Of a stretch of 64,000 nt of DNA, positions 42,863-48,808 are shown in pieces. Location: the NCBI GenBank assembly GCA_041987425.1, contig JBHIWP010000002.1, positions 18,608-82,607 on the forward strand, given 5' to 3'. Below the pieces are notes generated by a model. That model had not been told where the DNA came from. It saw only the letters and a program-made list of their open reading frames with translations, and did not search any database. Source of the stretch: Candidatus Promineifilaceae bacterium (GTDB lineage Bacteria > Chloroflexota > Anaerolineae > Promineifilales > Promineifilaceae). The number at the start of each line of letters is the position of its first letter. The first letter of the stretch is position 1. The translations under genes and the position numbers were made by a program.

Positions 42863-43528
42863 TTTTTCTACAAAGTTTCTCAAAATCGTTAAACCTACAC
42901 TCTGGCTCTTTTCCGGGTGGAATTGCAGACCATAGATATTATCCTTAGCTACCACAGATGCAAAGGGAAAACCATAGTCAGTCCAGGCAAGAACGGCCGT
43001 TGCATCGTCCGCATCGCAGTAGTAAGAATGGACAAAGTAAGCGTAGTCGCCCGTTTTTACGCCATTCAGCAGCGGATTGTCCCAGGCGGGTTCCAACTGG
43101 TTCCAGCCCATGTGGGGAACTTTTAAATGGTTAATGGTTAATTGTGAATGGTGAATGGTTAACGGATTGGCTTCATTACCCATTAGCCCTTTCTCTGGAA
43201 ACCGCACCACCTTGCCCGCCAGTAAATCCAGGCCCTCGTGGACGCCCATTTCATGCCCTTCCGTGAACATGAGCTGCATTCCGACACAGATGCCCAAAAA
43301 AGGAACGCCGCGCTGCACGGCTTCGTGAATGGCTTCGGGCAGGTTGTGCCGTCGCAGGCCATCCATGCCAGAGCCAAAAGCGCCCACGCCGGGCAGCACC
43401 AGCTTGTCGGCACGGCGCACTACCTCCGCGTCGTCCGTCAGGTGCACCTCGGCCCCAATATACTCAAATGCCTTCTGCGCCGAGCGAATGTTGCTGGCGC
43501 CGTAGTCGATCATGGTGATTTTGGTCAT
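42857..43528 (-). CDS. hisH: Imidazole glycerol phosphate synthase, glutaminase subunit
   Basis: GVGAFG, ICVGMQL, PHMGWN, HSYY, FHPEKS. Carries a repeat-derived insert before PHMGWN. Confidence 0.9.
   Translation of the reverse strand: MTKITMIDYGASNIRSAQKAFEYIGAEVHLTDDAEVVRRADKLVLPGVGAFGSGMDGLRRHNLPEAIHEAVQRGVPFLGICVGMQLMFTEGHEMGVHEGLDLLAGKVVRFPEKGLMGNEANPLTIHHSQLTINHLKVPHMGWNQLEPAWDNPLLNGVKTGDYAYFVHSYYCDADDATAVLAWTDYGFPFASVVAKDNIYGLQFHPEKSQSVGLTILRNFVEKV
43121..43162 (-). repeat. Six tandem heptamers (42 nt, unit TTAACCA) in frame inside hisH
   Basis: The coding strand reads TTAACCA TTCACCA TTCACAA TTAACCA TTAACCA TTTAAAA, encoding LTIHHSQLTINHLK. Confidence 0.75.
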
Positions 43529-43533
43529 ATTTT

Positions 43534-43617
43534 GGTAATCCGTTAGCGGTTATCGGTATTCAGTGAATCAGTATTCAGTGAGTCAGTTACTGATTACCGA
43601 CCACTGACCACTGGTTA
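43534..43617. repeat. Twelve tandem heptamers forming an imperfect dyad. They fill the hisH-hisB spacer
   Basis: GGTAATC CGTTAGC GGTTATC GGTATTC AGTGAAT CAGTATT CAGTGAG TCAGTTA CTGATTA CCGACCA CTGACCA CTGGTTA. Confidence 0.65.
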
Positions 43618-44211
43618 CTCCGTCAGCGTTCCCTTCGTCGAAGCCACGTCCAGCCGTCGTGGGTCAATGGCTACGGCCGTTCTCAGCGCCCTGGCAAATG
43701 CCTTAAACAGGGCCTCGGCCTGATGGTGATCGTTACGGCCGTATTCAATGCGGGCGTGCAGGTTCATTCTGGCGTGAATGGCTACCGATTCAAAGAAGTG
43801 CTGCACTAGATCAGTGGGCATCTGGCCGATGGCTGGCGTGTGCCAGGTACCGTGGAAGACCGTGTACGGCCGTCCGCCCAAATCAATCGCCACAAAGCCC
43901 AGCGCCTCGTCCATCGGCACGTAGGCATGCCCCACGCGGGTGATGCCCTTGCGGTCGCCTAAAGCACTGTTGATGGCTTGCCCGAAAACAATGCCTACGT
44001 CCTCAATGGTGTGGTGCGTGTCGATGTGCAGGTCGCCCGTGGCCACCACCGTGAGATCAAACAGTCCGTGGATGGAAACGGCCGTAAGCATATGGTCAAA
44101 AAAGCCAACGGCCGTACTGATGTCGTGCTGCCCTCTGCCTTCCAAATTGATGGAGACAGAAATGTCTGTTTCGCTGGTTTGCCGATGAATGCTTGCTGTT
44201 CGTGTCATCAT
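43615..44211 (-). CDS. hisB: Imidazoleglycerol-phosphate dehydratase
   Basis: [26 protein letters not shown], and [11 protein letters not shown] are typical IGPD motifs. Confidence 0.9.
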   Translation of the reverse strand: MMTRTASIHRQTSETDISVSINLEGRGQHDISTAVGFFDHMLTAVSIHGLFDLTVVATGDLHIDTHHTIEDVGIVFGQAINSALGDRKGITRVGHAYVPMDEALGFVAIDLGGRPYTVFHGTWHTPAIGQMPTDLVQHFFESVAIHARMNLHARIEYGRNDHHQAEALFKAFARALRTAVAIDPRRLDVASTKGTLTE

Positions 44212-44234
44212 GAATCGTTTTGTTGAAGTTTATA

Positions 44235-44325
44235 CAAAGGAACGAAGATAGAAAGGAACCAAGAGGATTAGCAACTAATTGATTATCTTACTTCTTTGTT
44301 TCTTCCGTCCCTTTGTCTCTTCGTC
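44235..44325. repeat. Purine-rich octamer-period hairpin in the hisB-hisC spacer
   Basis: The left arm AAAGGAAC GAAGATAG AAAGGAAC CAAGAGGA faces a pyrimidine-rich right arm, CTTCTTTGTTTCTTCCGTCCCTTTGTCTCTTCGT. Confidence 0.55.
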
Positions 44326-44332
44326 TAATTAA

Positions 44333-45481
44333 TTACTGCTCTTCTAAACGACGCAGTTCGGCAAGCAACTGGTCTGTCTCCTCTGGCCGTCCGGCGCTGA
44401 TGCGGATGCAGTTGTCTACGCCGGGCTTATTAAAGTAACGCACCAGAATGCCTTCTTTTTCCAGATCAAGTTTGAGTGCCTGCGCACTGCGGCCAATGAC
44501 CCGGCATAATATAAAGTTTGAACGGCTGGGGAGTGGGTTCAGGTAGCTAATTGTACCCAATTTTGTAAAAAGGCGCTCTCTTTCTGCAACCAAAAGCTGC
44601 ACTTTCTCATGCAGCCACGCCTGATCGGCCAGTGAGGCCAGCGCCGCCAGCGAAGCGGCGACGTTAATGTTGTACGGCTGCTTGATTTTCCACAGGTGCG
44701 GCAGCAGCCATTCCGGGAACGCGCCGTACCCCACGCGCAGCCCGGCCAGCCCGGCCAGCTTGCTAAACGTCCGCAGCACCGCCAAATTGTCATATTCCAA
44801 GGTCCAGTGAATGCGGCTGGCTGAATTAAAACTGACCGTGGAGTTTTCCTCTTCTTTTTCTCTGCGTTCTCCGCGGTTCAAATCAAAATCGACGTACGCT
44901 TCGTCAAGAACAACGAGGACGGGTAGTTGGAGCAAACGTCGTAGGTCGGCGTCATTGATGGTGCTGCCGTCCGGATTGTTGGGCGAGCAGATGAAGAGGA
45001 CTTTGGCGGTGGGGTGCTTGGCTACGGCCGTTTCAATGGCGTCAACGTCCAGGCTGAAATCTTCTTTGCGCCACACCTGCACGTAACGGCCGCCGTTAAC
45101 GGCCGTGCTGAACGGATACATGCCAAACGACGGTGGGCAATCTATCACCACGTCGTCTGGCGAGAGCACCACGCGCAGCACCAGGTCGATCAGCTCATCG
45201 GCGCCCATGCCCGCCAGCAGCCGCGCCTTGGGCATCTGCACATAGCTGCTGAGCGCATCGCGCAGTTCGTTGGATTCGGGGTCGGGGTAGATGTGGAAGA
45301 AACGGCCGTTGCGTAAAGCCTCCAAAGCCTTCGGCGACGGCCCATAAGGATTCTCGTTGGCGTCCAACTTCACAATTTCCTCCGGCGCCCGCCCCAGCCG
45401 TGCCGACAGCACCTCAAACGGCACAATTGGAATGTAAGGCTCCATCTCAGCAATATCAGGTCGTACAAATCTGTTGGTCAT
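44333..45481 (-). CDS. hisC: Histidinol-phosphate aminotransferase
   Basis: KLDANENPYGPSP, DEAYVDF, and LRTFSKLAGLAGLRVGY (PLP lysine). Carries a repeat-derived insert between DEAY and RTFSK. Confidence 0.9.
   Translation of the reverse strand: MTNRFVRPDIAEMEPYIPIVPFEVLSARLGRAPEEIVKLDANENPYGPSPKALEALRNGRFFHIYPDPESNELRDALSSYVQMPKARLLAGMGADELIDLVLRVVLSPDDVVIDCPPSFGMYPFSTAVNGGRYVQVWRKEDFSLDVDAIETAVAKHPTAKVLFICSPNNPDGSTINDADLRRLLQLPVLVVLDEAYVDFDLNRGERREKEEENSTVSFNSASRIHWTLEYDNLAVLRTFSKLAGLAGLRVGYGAFPEWLLPHLWKIKQPYNINVAASLAALASLADQAWLHEKVQLLVAERERLFTKLGTISYLNPLPSRSNFILCRVIGRSAQALKLDLEKEGILVRYFNKPGVDNCIRISAGRPEETDQLLAELRRLEEQ
44843..44878 (-). repeat. 36-nt repeat-derived segment in frame inside hisC
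   Basis: The coding strand AACCGCGGAGAACGCAGAGAAAAAGAAGAGGAAAAC encodes NRGERREKEEEN. Its first 20 nt match the inverted repeats flanking the GxxExxY gene. Confidence 0.65.
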
Positions 45482-45501
45482 AGTTAGTTGCTTCCTTATT
45501 A

Positions 45502-45532
45502 TTAACCGCGGAGAGCGCGGAGAACGCTGAGA
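45502..45532. repeat. Left inverted repeat flanking the GxxExxY gene
   Basis: TTAACCGCGGAGAGCGCGGAGAACGCTGAGA, with a 9-nt periodic unit GGAGAGCGC. Confidence 0.65.
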
Positions 45533-45540
45533 TTTGGCTG

Positions 45541-45936
45541 TTAGAGGTTGAGAGCCACACGCTTGATGCCACCAACTTTTAGTCGGCGCACGTTGAAATT
45601 TAGTAGCAACCCTAGCTTTAGATTTGCCAGCTTTAAGTAGGACATTAATTGTGCCTGGTGTATGGCTTCAAATTTTTTGATAGCTTTTAGCTCCACAACA
45701 ACAAGATTTTCTACTACAAAGTCCGCTCTATAAGCATTCTCCACAGGAAGTTGTTTGTAGATTAACGGGATGGTTCTTTCGCGCTCATATTCAATGTTTC
45801 GCAATGCCATCTCATGAGCCAAACAGGCCTGATAAGCTGACTCTAGCAAGCCAGGACCGAGATGTTTATGTACTTCAATGGCCGCCCCGATAATCTTTCC
45901 CGTAATCTTGTCTTCTTCTCGCATTGGCTCTCTCAT
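45541..45936 (-). CDS. GxxExxY family protein (PD-(D/E)XK-like, PDDEXK_3)
   Basis: KIIGAAIEVHKHLGPGLLESAYQACLAHEM contains the GxxExxY signature. The start was set at the first ATG (45936), because the ORF-track start is a TTG. Confidence 0.75.
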   Translation of the reverse strand: MREPMREEDKITGKIIGAAIEVHKHLGPGLLESAYQACLAHEMALRNIEYERERTIPLIYKQLPVENAYRADFVVENLVVVELKAIKKFEAIHQAQLMSYLKLANLKLGLLLNFNVRRLKVGGIKRVALNL

Positions 45937-45942
45937 ATTCAA

Positions 45943-45977
45943 TCCTCCGCGCTATCTCTGCGCTCTCTGCGGTTAAA
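45943..45977. repeat. Right inverted repeat flanking the GxxExxY gene
   Basis: Its reverse complement TTAACCGCAGAGAGCGCAGAGATAGCGCGGAGGA matches the left repeat at 20 of the first 22 positions. The hisD stop lies in its outer TTAA. Confidence 0.65.
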
Positions 45978-47295
45978 TCCTCTTCCTTGCAGCGTTGGCA
46001 TGGGCGTCGAGGGCTTCCGCCTGGGCGATGCGGGCGGCGGCGGCGCTGAGTTGGGCAGACGTGGCGTCGTCTAGCTGCACGATGCTGCTGATTTTGACGA
46101 AATCAAGCACGTTGAGCGGTGAGGCAAAGCGGGCGGTGCCGTTGGTGGGCATCACGTGGCTGGGACCGGCCACATAGTCCCCCAACACTTCAAAGCTGCG
46201 CTCGCCAATGAACAGGCCGCCTGCGTTAGGGATTTTATCTGCATAGGCCGCCGGGTTTTGCGTGGCGATGCAGGTGTGTTCGGCGGCAAAGTCGCTGGCA
46301 AGCTGGCAGGCTTCGTCCAAATCGGAGGTTAGCACAATGCCGCCCCGATTAGCCAGCGACACGGCGATCACCTCACTGCGGGTTAGCGATTCCATCTGGC
46401 GGGCAATCTCTACCTGCACGGCCTCGGCCAGCGAATTGGAGGGCGTAAAGAGGATGGCGGTCGCCAGAACGTCGTGTTCGGCCTGTGCCAGCATGTCGGC
46501 GGCAACCCAGGCGGCATCGGCCGTTTCGTCGGCAACGACCGCGGTTTCGGTTGGGCCATACAGGCCGTCGATACCCACAATGCCGTAGACCTGCCGCTTG
46601 GCCAGGGTGGTAAAGAGGTTGCCTGGACCCACAATTTTGTCCACGCGGGGCACGCTTTCCGTGCCAAAGGCCAGCGCGGCGATGGCCTGAGCTCCGCCCA
46701 GCGTATAAATTGTGTCGATGCCAGCAATGGCCGCTGCGGCCAGGATCACGTCCGGGATACGGCCATCTTCCCGTCCTGGCGGGGTTGCCACCACAATCTC
46801 CGGCACACCTGCCACCCGCGCCGGAATTACCGACATGAGCAGCGAAGACGGCAGCGGGGCCGTGCCGCCGGGCACGTAGACACCCACGCGCTGAATCGGC
46901 GTGACGCGCTGGCCGAGAAAGCCGCCCATTTCAGTGGTTTGCCAGTTGGGCAGCGGCTGCCGCTGATGGAAGTCGGCAATGCGATACGCGGCCAGTTCTA
47001 GGGCGTGTTTTAGCGCTGGTTCAATACGCGTGAGAGCCGCAGAAATCTCATCCTTATCCACTCGCAAACTTGCCACTTTCACACCATCTAGCGTTTCCGT
47101 CCAGCGGCGCAGGGCGGCATCGCCTCTCTGGCGCACGTCACGCAAAATGGTGGAGACGGCCGTTTCTGGCGTAGCGCCCTCACCAAACAGTTGGTTTAAG
47201 CTGGCCTGTAATGCCGGGGGCACGTCAGGCTCCAGGGACGTTTCTCGCCGCAGGATGGATTTTTGAGCATCGGGGATTGTGTATATTCTTATCAT
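45973..47295 (-). CDS. hisD: Histidinol dehydrogenase
   Basis: Typical HisD throughout (GGAQAIAALAFGTE, AQAEHD, GDYVAGPSHVMPT). The start was moved to the ATG at 47295 (MIRIYT), because the longer ORF-track N-terminus is encoded by a repeat hairpin. Confidence 0.9.
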   Translation of the reverse strand: MIRIYTIPDAQKSILRRETSLEPDVPPALQASLNQLFGEGATPETAVSTILRDVRQRGDAALRRWTETLDGVKVASLRVDKDEISAALTRIEPALKHALELAAYRIADFHQRQPLPNWQTTEMGGFLGQRVTPIQRVGVYVPGGTAPLPSSLLMSVIPARVAGVPEIVVATPPGREDGRIPDVILAAAAIAGIDTIYTLGGAQAIAALAFGTESVPRVDKIVGPGNLFTTLAKRQVYGIVGIDGLYGPTETAVVADETADAAWVAADMLAQAEHDVLATAILFTPSNSLAEAVQVEIARQMESLTRSEVIAVSLANRGGIVLTSDLDEACQLASDFAAEHTCIATQNPAAYADKIPNAGGLFIGERSFEVLGDYVAGPSHVMPTNGTARFASPLNVLDFVKISSIVQLDDATSAQLSAAAARIAQAEALDAHANAARKRI

Positions 47296-47306
47296 GGTCT
47301 TTTGGG

Positions 47307-47377
47307 AGGAAGTGAAGAGTGAGAAGTGAAAAGTAAAAAGAACCCACTTATCACTTTTCACTTTTTACTTATCACTC
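47307..47377. repeat. Heptamer-repeat hairpin (unit AAGTGA[A/G]) filling the hisG-hisD spacer
   Basis: GAAGTGA AGAGTGA GAAGTGA AAAGTAA AAAG aaccca CTTATCA CTTTTCA CTTTTTA CTTATCA CTC. The arms pair over about 30 bp by hand and overlap the hisG stop. Confidence 0.65.
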
Positions 47378-48390
47378 TGTAAAGCTGTTAGCATGGCGCG
47401 GTACCGCTCCGGTTCTTCTTCAAAAATGTAGGTGCAGGGTGAGACGACCACACCGCTGCCGCCAATGGCTCGTAGTTCAGCAATGGCCTGGAACAAATTT
47501 GCTTTTTGCACAACAATATTAACGGCGAACCAGTTGGGGTCGCCAGGCGTGTGGTGCCGGGCGACGACCGGGGCAATGGTGGGGCCGCGCAGGCCGCGCA
47601 GGTGAGGCTGGCTCAGCATCTTTTTGGCAATATCTTCGGGAGAATCCCCGCGTACGTTTGTGACAACCAGGAAGGAACTTTCGGCGCGCAGGTAGGCTTC
47701 GATGTATTCAATGAGCTGGCGGGCCACGGTGAGCACGTCCGGACGCGTTTTCAGCGTTTCTTTGTTGGCGATCAGGCAGGCTTGCGAGCGCAAGATGAGA
47801 CCATCTTCAATCGGGCGCAAGTGATTGTCGCGCAGGGTGATGCCGGAGGAGACCAAATCGGAGATGACGTCGGCATAGCCGATTGTGGGGGCAATTTCCA
47901 GCGTGCCCTCTACGCTAATTAGCTTGACGGGGGCCACACCGTGCTGTTCCAGGAAAGCACCGGTGACTTTGGGGAACTTAGTCGCCACGCGTAGGGCACG
48001 GCCGTTTTCTCCCAGTGCCTCAGCCCAGGCCGCCAGATCGCCCATCGTGCGGGCTGGCTGATCTTCCGGGATAGCCAGGTTGAGGGTGCAGGGGCCAAAG
48101 CCAAGCGCGTCGTGGAGGGTGAGGATGGATTGCGAACGGCCGTAAGCCTTTTCAGCCAGGATATCCAGGCCCGTAATACCAAAATCAATGCTTCCTTGCC
48201 GTACCCCGGTAACAATATCGCCTGGCCGCTGAAACATCACCGTAAGCTGAGGCAGGCTAGGAATGATGGCTTCATACTGGCGGGGATTGGGTCTAAAAAT
48301 CTTTAATCCACACGCTTCTAAAAAATCAAACGCGTCTTTGTGCAAGGCCCCCTTACTAGGCAGGGCCAGCCGGATATCTGATCGTAGCAT
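47365..48390 (-). CDS. hisG: ATP phosphoribosyltransferase (long form with C-terminal regulatory domain)
   Basis: LRLALPSKG, DIVTGVRQGSIDFGITG, DLVSSGITLRDN. The start was moved to the ATG at 48390, preceded by GAAGGAG. The ORF-track extension is repeat-encoded. Confidence 0.9.
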   Translation of the reverse strand: MLRSDIRLALPSKGALHKDAFDFLEACGLKIFRPNPRQYEAIIPSLPQLTVMFQRPGDIVTGVRQGSIDFGITGLDILAEKAYGRSQSILTLHDALGFGPCTLNLAIPEDQPARTMGDLAAWAEALGENGRALRVATKFPKVTGAFLEQHGVAPVKLISVEGTLEIAPTIGYADVISDLVSSGITLRDNHLRPIEDGLILRSQACLIANKETLKTRPDVLTVARQLIEYIEAYLRAESSFLVVTNVRGDSPEDIAKKMLSQPHLRGLRGPTIAPVVARHHTPGDPNWFAVNIVVQKANLFQAIAELRAIGGSGVVVSPCTYIFEEEPERYRAMLTALQSDK

Positions 48391-48410
48391 ACAATACTCC
48401 TTCAAGATAG

Positions 48411-48455
48411 TTGAACGCAGAGGCGCAGAGAACGTAAACCGCAAAATCTCTGCCT
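48411..48455. repeat. GCGCAGAGA-type repeat element in the hisG 5' UTR
   Basis: GAACGCAGAGGCGCAGAGAACGTAAACCGCAAAATCTCTGCC uses the same unit type as the GxxExxY flanks and the hisC insert. Confidence 0.5.
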
Positions 48456-48500
48456 TAAGTTTATCTTATACGGGAAGGGTTTCACCCGTTATTACAGAAT

Positions 48501-48537
48501 ACAAACAAAAACACCCTCCTCTGGCTTGAGGAGGGTG
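48501..48537 (-). terminator. Intrinsic terminator of the his leader (attenuator)
   Basis: The minus strand reads CACCCTCCTC aagcca GAGGAGGGTG followed by TTTTTGTTTGT. It lies 34 nt after the leader-peptide stop and about 110 nt before the hisG ATG. Confidence 0.7.
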
Positions 48538-48570
48538 CTAAAATGCATCCCAGTTAGAATTAAAGCTGCC

Positions 48571-48651
48571 TCAACCCAAAGTAAACCATCGCCAACTTGC
48601 ATGGTGTGCGTGATGATGCTTCAGATGGGTTGCAGCAGGAATGTTTTTCAT
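48571..48651 (-). CDS. His-rich leader peptide of the his operon (26 aa)
   Basis: Hand translation gives MKNIPAATHLKHHHAHHASWRWFTLG, with six His including HHHAHH. It is followed by the terminator and is absent from the ORF track. Confidence 0.6.
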   Translation of the reverse strand: MKNIPAATHLKHHHAHHASWRWFTLG

Positions 48652-48670
48652 GACGCTAAAAGTCTAGCAC

Positions 48671-48699
48671 ATACTACGTGGTGTGCAATCTATTTCCAA
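48671..48699 (-). promoter_or_regulatory. Candidate his operon promoter TTGGAA-17-TAGTAT
   Basis: Minus-strand reading: -35 at 48699-48694 and -10 at 48676-48671, about 20 nt upstream of the leader ATG. Confidence 0.3.
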
Positions 48700-48808
48700 T
48701 ATCCCTTCTGTAAAGAGCCTTTTAACAGTTTGTTATCAATTCGATTTATGCCCTGATTGATGTGTATAATGTGCGAAAAATTCTTGCTAAATTTAGGTAG
48801 GTTGCACC

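Noticed and set aside
47296-47361. Longer hisD N-terminus (MKSDKWVLFTFHFSLFTSSQKT...) from the ORF track
   Set aside because: It starts at a GTG, is encoded entirely by the heptamer hairpin and is not HisD-like. The canonical HisD start MIRIYT is at 47295.
48391-48444. Longer hisG N-terminus (MRFTFSAPLRSTILKEYC...)
   Set aside because: It is encoded by the GCGCAGAGA repeat. The ATG at 48390 has a GAAGGAG ribosome-binding site and gives the canonical HisG start.
48526-48756. 76-aa plus-strand ORF in the hisG upstream region
   Set aside because: It is antisense to the His leader peptide and terminator. The attenuator interpretation explains the region better.
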